Shown here in pieces: positions 7,606 through 16,109 of a stretch of DNA of 64,000 nucleotides (positions within the stretch are counted from its first letter, which is position 1; each line of letters opens with the position of its first letter). The notes beneath the pieces were generated by a model, which was given only the letters and a program-made list of their open reading frames with translations, searched no databases and was not told the DNA's origin. Made by a program: the position numbers and the translations under genes. Source of the DNA: a virus (Duplodnaviria; Caudoviricetes). The stretch is taken from the IMG/VR virus record IMGVR_UViG_3300014866_000001, positions 4,377 to 68,376 of that record. The stretch is one strand, 5' to 3'.

Positions 7606-9438
7606 TTACACCGTAGCCATTGCGGGAGCATGTTGCGAGCGGCCAGTTTTTTGGTTCTCTTTGCGACCGCTCTTCTTGGCCAGCGACAACACCCAACTCG
7701 TGAATATATCAGAGCCGCGAGCTGGTCCCACAGTTTCCGGAAGCACGTCGGCTCTCGCAAGGCCGTAGCCAGTCAAGAGGGCCGATAGTTTGCCGGGCGA
7801 CACGGCTGCTAAATACTCCCTCGACCGCGATGGAAGTGGGTCAAACCGAAGTAGGTCCCGTGTGTCGTATCGCCTAATACTCGCTAAGTCGATCGGATCA
7901 ACCATAATCTCGCTGTGCAACGAGCACACTCGCCTTGCCACCGTTTCGTAAATCTTCTCAATACATCTCACCGCCCGACGCATGACCTTTGTCGCGCGGG
8001 AGATTGTCCGATTAAATTGCTCCAGTTTGTTGAACGCGCCGTTGTCCAGCGGATTCGCGCCGCAGTAATCCTCGAGCGCCGCGACACCCTGACGCTTGCC
8101 TGCTTCGGGATCGCTGCCAGTCCGCTCGATAATCTCCTCGTTGGCCAAATGGTCACATTCCTGCCGAGCAGCCGAGACAGCGAGCCGGGCATTGATCAGC
8201 CATCGCGGCAGGATCAGTCGCTCGTTAACGTGCGTGCCGAGAAAGTGACAGACCTGGATCCCGTCTGGAGTCGACCGCCACGTCAAATCGAACCCGACCA
8301 CGCCATCGCCTGTCGGCTTCACGAGTCCGTGATTCTTGACGATCGGAATAACTTCCCGCTTTCCAGATTCGCGAACAACGAGGCTCCACCTCCGAATAGT
8401 TCCATCAGTCGGTAGTGGTCGATGGAATTTTGCGCGGTAGGTAATCTGTCGGGGGTGATCCGCCGTCCCGATCTGATGGCGGACCTCGTACACCGTATGC
8501 TCGCGATTGGCCTTGTGCTGGGTGTAGATCGGCGTCAAGCACAAACATGTGTTGTCGCCGTCGATCGATTCGGATACCGGAAGGCCGCTGGCGAAGTGAA
8601 TGGAAATTTTCTCCCACGGCTTCGGCTCTGGGGCGCGATGATATTCGTACCGCATTCCCGGACCTGTCTTAGTGAGTTTCGGTTTGCTGGATTCGACAAT
8701 CTCGGCCCGAATGGCTGAATGCAATCCGCGCCCCTGGAATTCGACGGACAGTTTTCGTTGCTCAAGGTCGCACTCCATTTCCAGGCGTCCGATTGCCGCA
8801 ATGACGGCGGGATCAATCGTACCGAGTGGCTTGCGAGTGCATTCCTTGCCTTCCGCCCGGGCCTCTGATTCCGCAGCGGCTTGTTGAGCGACGTCGAGTA
8901 TCCGATACGGTTCGCCAGTCTCCGGCCACTCGATCGCGTCATACAACTTCTCACGCTTTTCCAGCGACTTGACATTTTTCCAGTCCGCCAGACTCGACCA
9001 ATACATCGCTCGGGCGCGGAGCGAATCCAGCCACGGACGCCGCAACTCTGAAATTGTCCGTTGCCAGTGGCCGCGACGTTCTCGGAGTTGCTCCAATCTG
9101 GCTCGTTGCTCGGCCAGCATGGCATTTTTGTCGCGGGTGTCGCTGTGATGTTTCTTGATTTCTTTTTCAAGCCACCAGATGGCGGCCTTCGACGATTCGA
9201 ACTCGATCATCGCCGCGAATAGCTCGGGGCACGAGTTGTTCCGCAGGTCAATGAGTCGACGGTGCCGCGAGTGAAGCGTGGTACATAGTCGCTCGCGATA
9301 TTCGTCAGCCAGTGCGAGTACGGCGATTTCGTCATCGCTGGCTTGACCGTAGACGCCGAATGTGCCGAGTGCTTGGGGAGCAGACATGAACGATGGCAGG
9401 TTCAAGAGAGAGGGGGAGCGGTGGTCGGTTATTTCCAA
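7606..9438 (-). CDS. Type V-U1/Cas12m-like (TnpB-derived) RNA-guided effector, probably nuclease-deficient
   Basis: LALADEYRERL N-terminal motif, FHRPLP, RuvC-I VVGFDLTWR, RuvC-II-like IMVDPIDL, no Zn ribbon; likely start ATG 9387 (593 aa). Confidence 0.75.
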   Translation of the reverse strand: MEITDHRSPSLLNLPSFMSAPQALGTFGVYGQASDDEIAVLALADEYRERLCTTLHSRHRRLIDLRNNSCPELFAAMIEFESSKAAIWWLEKEIKKHHSDTRDKNAMLAEQRARLEQLRERRGHWQRTISELRRPWLDSLRARAMYWSSLADWKNVKSLEKREKLYDAIEWPETGEPYRILDVAQQAAAESEARAEGKECTRKPLGTIDPAVIAAIGRLEMECDLEQRKLSVEFQGRGLHSAIRAEIVESSKPKLTKTGPGMRYEYHRAPEPKPWEKISIHFASGLPVSESIDGDNTCLCLTPIYTQHKANREHTVYEVRHQIGTADHPRQITYRAKFHRPLPTDGTIRRWSLVVRESGKREVIPIVKNHGLVKPTGDGVVGFDLTWRSTPDGIQVCHFLGTHVNERLILPRWLINARLAVSAARQECDHLANEEIIERTGSDPEAGKRQGVAALEDYCGANPLDNGAFNKLEQFNRTISRATKVMRRAVRCIEKIYETVARRVCSLHSEIMVDPIDLASIRRYDTRDLLRFDPLPSRSREYLAAVSPGKLSALLTGYGLARADVLPETVGPARGSDIFTSWVLSLAKKSGRKENQKTGRSQHAPAMATV

Positions 9439-9450
9439 GTAGCGCGCATG

Positions 9451-9473
9451 AAAAAGCCGCCCGAAGGCGGCTT
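9451..9473 (-). terminator. Rho-independent terminator
   Basis: AAGCCGCC-TTCG-GGCGGC-TTTTT on the minus strand. Confidence 0.75.
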
Positions 9474-9487
9474 GCTACGATTCGTGG

Positions 9488-9936
9488 CTATCGTGGCTTC
9501 TGTGGTATCCGCTCCGCGTCCTGGCTCGGTTCGGATTGGTCTTCGTGTTGAACTTGGGCGGGCGGCAACCCTGCCTTCCGGCGAGCGCGACGAAGACAAC
9601 CCAAGAGCCAGTATTCAAATTCGTGGAAACTGTCCTTGCTAAGGTTGTCCGGCCAAATGATTTCAGCCGCTCCCTCATCCAATTGCTTGCGTTCCTTCGC
9701 AAACCCATCCTTTGGCAGTTCCGATTTCGTTGCTGCCAAAGCTATTGGGGGGGCTTTTTTTGTTGTTGGTTCTGCGATTGCTACTTCGGACATTGGTACG
9801 TGTCCTTTCCCCTCGAAAAAGACGAACCGTTGACCTTCATGCTCGTCAATTCGTGAAATTTGAAGGGGTTGATCAAATTGGTCCACGCCGTTCGAGGTCC
9901 ACTGCACGTAGTCGCCAACCTTGACGTACCTCAGTA
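9488..9936 (-). pseudogene. Probable 5'-truncated gene fragment
   Basis: Frame runs ...YVKVGDYVQWTSNG... back to a TGA inside direct-repeat copy B; no SD or ATG; track ORF uses GTG 9907. Confidence 0.45.
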
Positions 9937-9942
9937 GAGTAT

Positions 9943-10002
9943 GTCACCTATATATACCCATGATTTGGAACAAGCAAGCCCAACCGGAGAAAAAGTTGCA
10001 CC
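9943..10002. repeat. 60-bp direct repeat, copy B
   Basis: 55/60 identical to 7269-7328. Confidence 0.9.
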
Positions 10003-10044
10003 ACGCCCCGGAAACCACTAGAGTGATTCGTTCTTGGTCAGAAA

Positions 10045-10269
10045 GTGGGGACTTCTGTGATCCAAATAATTGGCTTGATAGTTTCTGCCTACTGTTTAAT
10101 CCGTTTGTGGCAGGTTCCGTGGGAAATGTCGGTAGTATGCGGTATTGACTTGAAGATTCCTGACGGCGCCCGTTGGATGATTGTTGCTGGGGCATCGGCC
10201 TTTGGTGTTCTTACTATTGGCGTGTTGACCGTGATGCTTCTCATGTCTGGAGTGGACTTACCAAAATGA
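10045..10269 (+). CDS. Small two-TM membrane protein (moron-like)
   Basis: Two hydrophobic helices; opposite strand to the phage genes. Confidence 0.55.
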   Translation: MGTSVIQIIGLIVSAYCLIRLWQVPWEMSVVCGIDLKIPDGARWMIVAGASAFGVLTIGVLTVMLLMSGVDLPK

Positions 10270-10445
10270 ACCCTTACAGTTCTCCGCCGGATTGCACTGA
10301 ATCAAAAAGGCTCCCGACACCATCTCTGCGATTTGCGCTGGTGGCTTTCGGAGTATGCCAAGCCGCTATAATGTTTTTCGTTGTCCTATCATTATTGGTG
10401 CTCGGAATGTTCTGGCCGATTTACGTCAACATCTTTTCGCGTTAG
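10266..10445 (+). CDS. Small membrane protein
   Basis: MNPYSSP motif then a TM helix; ATGA overlap with the upstream gene. Confidence 0.5.
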   Translation: MNPYSSPPDCTESKRLPTPSLRFALVAFGVCQAAIMFFVVLSLLVLGMFWPIYVNIFSR

Positions 10446-10735
10446 CACTTCCGCGACGCCAGATTGATGATCGGGCCATACGGGTTATGCGGATCGTCGT
10501 TTAGCACTTCGACACCTTTGAACCCCACTGACTTCAGGCACTGGAGCCGTGTGACCACCTTCCAGGCTAGTTCCAAGATTGTCTTTGCCTTTGGGAATGA
10601 TTTCGTGAACTCGCCAATCCTGGAATCGGTAAACTCACTGACTTCTTCATGCGTGCCGCCGTAGGTTTTCCCGTCCAGGTGAAAGACTGTCACCCACGGG
10701 TTGCGAGCGTCGAATTCGTCTTGGGTGCTACTCAT
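10442..10735 (-). CDS. Hypothetical protein
   Basis: 97-aa ORF. Confidence 0.5.
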   Translation of the reverse strand: MSSTQDEFDARNPWVTVFHLDGKTYGGTHEEVSEFTDSRIGEFTKSFPKAKTILELAWKVVTRLQCLKSVGFKGVEVLNDDPHNPYGPIINLASRKC

Positions 10736-10805
10736 GTTTTTTCAGTAGCCGCTTCACAATGTCTTTGATTTTCTCCGACTGACCAGGCGGAATTCGTCGA
10801 GGACG

Positions 10806-11042
10806 TCATAGCTTTGTTTTGCATGCCGACTCAACAGGACTCCACACGACATAGTCGTTGGTTTCCTGTTTCCGTTGAATCAATCCGCGACTTTCTAAAA
10901 TCAGGCAGCCTTCATGCTTCCGTTTTTCTTGATCGCCCGCATTCGGCCATGTCGTCATTCCTTTGCCATACCATTTGAATTCACCTTCACCACGAATGAA
11001 TCGCAGTAGCAAATCAAGAGCGTCTTCGGTGTGTATTGTCAT
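10806..11042 (-). CDS. Hypothetical protein
   Basis: 78-aa ORF coupled to the upstream gene. Confidence 0.5.
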   Translation of the reverse strand: MTIHTEDALDLLLRFIRGEGEFKWYGKGMTTWPNAGDQEKRKHEGCLILESRGLIQRKQETNDYVVWSPVESACKTKL

Positions 11043-12808
11043 GATGTCACCATGATGGATTCCGACAAACTGTTTTTCAATTGTGCCAACGCCTCGTCCG
11101 CTACCGGATCTCCCACCGCCGAGTTCGCCCCCGCGTGCCTGCGGTGATGGAACCGTGGTCGCAAATCAAACCGCACGTCAACGCCAGCGTGATTAAATTC
11201 CAGCCACTGAGCCCAGTCGGACCAGCGCATTCGACGCCACGGGAAACGAAGGAACGTATCTCGCCGGAAGATCACCCCGCCACGCATCGGGTTGTGTGGG
11301 ATCGTCAGGATGTCTCGGTAGCCGGATTCATCAGGTAGCCAAGGCGCGCCGTGTTCAATGCCGCCGATTGCTACCGCTTCACCTTCGAGCGCCAATCCGT
11401 CCAGACCGTCGATGAGAAACGTATCGTCGACTCCCAAACACACCACCCATTCGTTAGTTGCGTGCTCGACCGCTTCGTTATACCAATCGCCCATCGGGGT
11501 GTCGGACTGTGGACGGTACTGCTTGATCCACGCTGAAACCTCCAGCGGTTCTTTGGACACAATGACAACTTCGCGCGGTGGCGGGTTCATGCGCTCAATC
11601 GCGGCAATGTACGACCGTCCGAACCTTGCCCAGTAATCGCCCCAGACGGCCGTACAGAGCGTCACAGGCGGCCCCTCTCGCTTGACTGGCTTTGGGTAGT
11701 CCGTAGTGAGATGAGAACGGTTATCGAGTAGCCATTGATCGTAGGCGGGTTGGATCGTGCTGTCCCAGTAGTTTGAACTGTAGAGATCACCAACGCCATC
11801 TTGAAACAGACACCCCGTTTCTTCCGCAGAGAACATTTTGCCAGGCCATAGTTCAACACCGATAAACTTCTTGTCGATGTATCGCCAGTTTCGGCGGAAG
11901 ACATCTTGATGCCTGAACCAGTAAAACGTGCCGGAATAGAACCAACGGTTACCCAGTTTCTTTTGACCGTGATGGAGTTTGAAACTTCCCGTCATCGCCT
12001 TGGTCCGTAACTGTTCCTCAACCATCGGCCAGTAATCCAAGCACGTGTGATACATGGCCTCGGACCAACGCAGCACGGCATGATTGGAGTCTGCCTGGAA
12101 CTTGTGCCGAACGCCTTTAGCGTGGCAGTAGAAAGTCACCTCGTTGGGATCAATGGATTCCAACTGTTCCAGCATGTTCGTGAACGTTGCCACTTCCTGA
12201 AGGCGTTTGTCGTTGTTGACAACCACGAAATCGTCCGTGAAGTCCCGCAGGTATTCCTTGACGGCATCTGGAGAATCGACCGCTTGAGACCTCACGTCCT
12301 TGCCGCCGCCAGTCGCAATTGAAATCAACCGCCGTCCGTTGAACAACTCGGCACGCTTCAGGATCTGGTCGCAGTTCCACTGCCATACTCCAAACTCCTT
12401 CACCGGCCAAACGTGCATCATGAGATTGCGGCGAACCTCGGAGAATTCGATTGGCTCGACAGGTGAAATCGCACCAGGGAACCAATGGTTGAGAATTGCC
12501 GCGCGACCATTGCAGCCGCTGCACGGTTTGATTCCTGTAAGCTTGGTAACGACTCGCGATACCGTGCTACCGAGTCCGATGGACTTATTGCAGAATCCTT
12601 CGCGAGTCAGAATTGGATTTGCCTGCGGTGCGATCTTTAGCCCGGTTTTCGGATTCCTTATCTGTCCGGTCTCCATAGCCACCCAATATTTATAGCCGCA
12701 GTCACTTGCATTCCCGTTCCCCTTGCAGAGTTGGAACAGTGCTTCATCTTTCTCGAATTGATGCCGTGGACAGAATCCTGCGGCAGGACATTTACACCAC
12801 TGGTTCAT
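11039..12808 (-). CDS. Multidomain protein: Cys-rich N-terminus, central GT-like domain, C-terminal GT-A glycosyltransferase-like domain
   Basis: TFYCHAKG and YSGTFYWF; VTLCTAVW...WYNEAVEHATNEWVVCLGVDD. Confidence 0.6.
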   Translation of the reverse strand: MNQWCKCPAAGFCPRHQFEKDEALFQLCKGNGNASDCGYKYWVAMETGQIRNPKTGLKIAPQANPILTREGFCNKSIGLGSTVSRVVTKLTGIKPCSGCNGRAAILNHWFPGAISPVEPIEFSEVRRNLMMHVWPVKEFGVWQWNCDQILKRAELFNGRRLISIATGGGKDVRSQAVDSPDAVKEYLRDFTDDFVVVNNDKRLQEVATFTNMLEQLESIDPNEVTFYCHAKGVRHKFQADSNHAVLRWSEAMYHTCLDYWPMVEEQLRTKAMTGSFKLHHGQKKLGNRWFYSGTFYWFRHQDVFRRNWRYIDKKFIGVELWPGKMFSAEETGCLFQDGVGDLYSSNYWDSTIQPAYDQWLLDNRSHLTTDYPKPVKREGPPVTLCTAVWGDYWARFGRSYIAAIERMNPPPREVVIVSKEPLEVSAWIKQYRPQSDTPMGDWYNEAVEHATNEWVVCLGVDDTFLIDGLDGLALEGEAVAIGGIEHGAPWLPDESGYRDILTIPHNPMRGGVIFRRDTFLRFPWRRMRWSDWAQWLEFNHAGVDVRFDLRPRFHHRRHAGANSAVGDPVADEALAQLKNSLSESIMVTS

Positions 12809-12842
12809 AGACGTTTTCCTTGCAGGGCTTCATCGAAAGCCA

Positions 12843-14075
12843 TCATTCCGTGATCGTTACGCTAACTGTCGGAGTCAAGACACTGCTTCCACCGCAGCAC
12901 CCGATACCTCCGAGAGTCCCAAGATTGAAAGACAACAAGATAGGATCGCAACTGCCTGTGGCTGTTGCTGACGAACCTGTACAGGGGTTCCCGGAAAAGA
13001 TTAGATTCCAGGTATACCCGCTGCAACTCAGGCGCAGACTTATCGGATGACCGCAGAACCCTTCAGATTGTTCGCCCAACCAACCCAGACCATCCCACAC
13101 CAGCGACATTTGAAAACTTCCGCAGTCCGGGCAACTCGTCGTGACGGTCGCCGTGAGGACCAGCGGCATCGTGTCGCAGCAGGTTGTTGGAATCACCGGA
13201 CAGTCACCGCATGGCGAACAAATGAAGTAAAAAAAGATTGCATCGCCGTCTTCGGTAAACGCACTAAAGAGCGCCTCAGGACTTGGGCAGGGATTACTGT
13301 TCCCACCAATACTGATTGCAGGAAAAATGAGCGATTCCTCTACGAGTGCGAATGGCGTATCAACCAACTCCAACTCGCAACAGCCTGTTTCGTAGTTCGC
13401 TGTCAGTTCGATTTCCACACCTGAATAGGTACGATAAGTCGTAGTCCCGCTCAGGCATGCTGTTTCGACGACCGCTTGCCGGTTGTCTCCGAATGTGATA
13501 ATGCAGGCGCACTCGCAGATACACCCACACCCACCGCAGACATTCCGAATCGGATTCTCGTCTGGAACGACATTGCCATAGGAGTCGACGCAATCAGATC
13601 GATTTTCAATCGCGATGTTATGTGCGGCAGAAATGCTGATCGTCAGGTTACCGACCGTCCATGACGCTCCGAACCGCCAACAAAAGTAATCCGGTGCACC
13701 TCGCTCTGTTGGGCCAACAACATGACAGTCGTCGGGAACAGTTCCGTCAACGCCAAGATCGACACTCCGAAGGCAGATATAGCACGTCTCATTTTCGACT
13801 TTGAAGATAAATGCCAAGTCAACTTCTGCGCCGTCGATAATCACTGTCCCGCTGTAAACAATAATTTCTCCGTCTGCCGTGCAGTCACGAAGGAATGTCG
13901 TTGTCGAAGAGTCGCCAGATGAATAGTCTTCAACAGTAACGCAGATTTGTTTAGGCACGCATGAGCAGCAATACTGCTCCGCTGGCTGGAGTACTTCGGA
14001 CGCCAACGACCTATCGACTGGTCGCGAGTAGCAACCGTTGCAGCAACAGTGTTTACACGATCCAGACGAGGTCAT
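12843..14075 (-). CDS. Cysteine-rich probable virion tail protein
   Basis: About 38 Cys in 410 aa by hand count; lies distal to the tape measure gene. Confidence 0.6.
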   Translation of the reverse strand: MTSSGSCKHCCCNGCYSRPVDRSLASEVLQPAEQYCCSCVPKQICVTVEDYSSGDSSTTTFLRDCTADGEIIVYSGTVIIDGAEVDLAFIFKVENETCYICLRSVDLGVDGTVPDDCHVVGPTERGAPDYFCWRFGASWTVGNLTISISAAHNIAIENRSDCVDSYGNVVPDENPIRNVCGGCGCICECACIITFGDNRQAVVETACLSGTTTYRTYSGVEIELTANYETGCCELELVDTPFALVEESLIFPAISIGGNSNPCPSPEALFSAFTEDGDAIFFYFICSPCGDCPVIPTTCCDTMPLVLTATVTTSCPDCGSFQMSLVWDGLGWLGEQSEGFCGHPISLRLSCSGYTWNLIFSGNPCTGSSATATGSCDPILLSFNLGTLGGIGCCGGSSVLTPTVSVTITE

Positions 14076-14788
14076 TGCACTTCACACGGTGGAAGACCGC
14101 AACAGAGATTGACAACAAGCCAATGTGGGACGATGTAGGCTGGGTCTGGATCGCAGATAGATGTGGAGGCTGGAAGCATGTACTTTGCCCAGCCTATGCG
14201 ACCAAATAATTCATCAGGTGGCGCATTCAAATGGCAGCCAGCCAGGTCGCATACTTCGATAACCGTTCCCCCAAGTGAAGATTCCGGGACATCCGAACAT
14301 CCAAAAGGACGGGCTAAGACTTCTCCGAGCGCGGTGCGAGTTGATTGGTCCGAGGAGATCACGCGGAACACAACCACGTCGCAGTTAGAGGCTCCGTCAC
14401 CGTTGAGGATGTACCAGCGACCGTGATGAAGCGAGACCTTAACGACATCGCCATCTTGCGTAGTTCCAGCGCGGTCCAGAGCGAACTTAGTAACCTGCGG
14501 GTCGTAGGCGACAAATGTTTCGGTGGTTACTCCGTTCGCGGTATCGTCGAATTCAAGATCACCGAATTCGACTTCAACTCGGTACAGAGGTGCCGTTGCC
14601 GTTTCCAGCGCACGCACTTGGCGAATGGTACGTGGACCGATGTCTTTTGGGTCTTCTACCTGCCCAGTGTTAAACGTCGCCTCTTGCCGATCGCGCTCCA
14701 GACCTTTCTGGATTTCGAGCATTGTCGACGTGGATAGTTGGCGAGTCTTAGCCATGTCATTTTGCGAGCCACACGTATCGCACGGCAC
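14072..14788 (-). CDS. Probable tail protein
   Basis: 238 aa, coupled; position in the tail module. Confidence 0.5.
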   Translation of the reverse strand: MPCDTCGSQNDMAKTRQLSTSTMLEIQKGLERDRQEATFNTGQVEDPKDIGPRTIRQVRALETATAPLYRVEVEFGDLEFDDTANGVTTETFVAYDPQVTKFALDRAGTTQDGDVVKVSLHHGRWYILNGDGASNCDVVVFRVISSDQSTRTALGEVLARPFGCSDVPESSLGGTVIEVCDLAGCHLNAPPDELFGRIGWAKYMLPASTSICDPDPAYIVPHWLVVNLCCGLPPCEVQ

Positions 14789-15161
14789 AAGCGGCAGTAT
14801 CGGCGCGCCACCTTAGAACCACGCTCGGTGTAATCGGGATTTGAATCGGATATCGAGGGTACAGTCTCACTATCTCAACCATTGCGCCAGCCGATTCCGG
14901 CCCCAGTTTGACGTAGTTAGTCGCGTCAAGATTGACGGCACAAAAGATCCCTTGCAGTGCGGCCGTGAACTTGGAATTCGTTGGAATCGTGATCACCTGC
15001 TCAGCCCCAAAACCGACAGTTACTGTGTCGCACAAGACTGCTTGTGTCGTTTGCGTCAGAACAAACGTCTCGTTGAAAACAGCCTTGAGCAAAGCAACCG
15101 TTGTGCTCGATGTCGGGTTGTTCAGGATCGTTTTAATCTGCGTCTGAATTTCGTTAGCCAT
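14757..15161 (-). CDS. Probable virion protein
   Basis: 134-aa beta-rich ORF in the tail module. Confidence 0.5.
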   Translation of the reverse strand: MANEIQTQIKTILNNPTSSTTVALLKAVFNETFVLTQTTQAVLCDTVTVGFGAEQVITIPTNSKFTAALQGIFCAVNLDATNYVKLGPESAGAMVEIVRLYPRYPIQIPITPSVVLRWRADTAACAVRYVWLAK

Positions 15162-15165
15162 TGCA

Positions 15166-16071
15166 TCACACGAAGTTTCCAGGGAGTGGATTCGGCATCC
15201 CGATAGAAGCGGTTAGAGCAGTGAAATCGAACTCAGGAATGATCTGGGTTGTGTTCGTAACGATGGAACCAGGAACGCTCGCAGGCGGGATGACCGCGCC
15301 GGCACCATCCAGGAAACGCTCGTTCTTTCCGAGCGAATCGTTGTCGGCAAGAATTGGGATAATCTGACCGCCACCACTGATGTACTGCGTCCCAGCGTTC
15401 AGCCACACTTCGTTCCATCCGGCGTACTTAATCCAGAATTCCAAGTGATGGTAAAAGTAATCATCGCCGCCGTGAAACAATTGCTCCCACTGCCATTGGG
15501 CAAGGAATACCATGCGAGCCGTCAACCCAGTCCAAATTGTCGCGGAGTTGCAGCGCAGCACAGCCTGGGCGCGTTGCAACATACTTATCGTTAGCGACGG
15601 ACCTTTAAGGTGCAGTGTGTCGTAGCCATCTGGAGTCTCAAACGACTTTCGTTCCTTCGCGGTCGTGTAGATCGGTGCGCCGTTCTTATCGATCGATGTG
15701 ATCCGCGTACCAGTCGCAAAACTGCCGCTGGCCTTCCACGCTTCATTGACTGGATTAGTGACAACGTTGTTTAGATTGCGTGGTCGATTACCGGACTTGG
15801 TTGTGAATGTGCAGGTAACGGTACGTTCGAGATTCGTGGCGTCGATAAGGACAGGATTGACAACTTTTTTGGAACAGATTGCGTCCGGGTTGGAGTTGGA
15901 ACCCCAGGTTAGAAAATCGCCATAGAACGGGATGCCGGTGGCAACGCTGACGTTGTCTGGGAATTCAAACGGATCAGTTACCGAAACGGCATAGACCGCC
16001 TGATAGGTAACATGACCATCCTCACCGATCTCGCGAGTGATTGATTGTGGACGCGCCGTCCCGACTGTCAT
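15166..16071 (-). CDS. Probable distal tail/hub protein
   Basis: Directly follows the tape measure gene; beta-rich. Confidence 0.5.
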   Translation of the reverse strand: MTVGTARPQSITREIGEDGHVTYQAVYAVSVTDPFEFPDNVSVATGIPFYGDFLTWGSNSNPDAICSKKVVNPVLIDATNLERTVTCTFTTKSGNRPRNLNNVVTNPVNEAWKASGSFATGTRITSIDKNGAPIYTTAKERKSFETPDGYDTLHLKGPSLTISMLQRAQAVLRCNSATIWTGLTARMVFLAQWQWEQLFHGGDDYFYHHLEFWIKYAGWNEVWLNAGTQYISGGGQIIPILADNDSLGKNERFLDGAGAVIPPASVPGSIVTNTTQIIPEFDFTALTASIGMPNPLPGNFV

Positions 16072-16109
16072 CTCTCATAAACCTTTAGTCCCCACTGAAG
16101 GTTTGTGAA

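Noticed and set aside
7606-9438. Ordinary IS200/IS605 TnpB with transposon ends
   Set aside because: No TnpA or resolvase, no Zn ribbon, longer than typical TnpB, and followed by repeat-spacer-repeat rather than an element end
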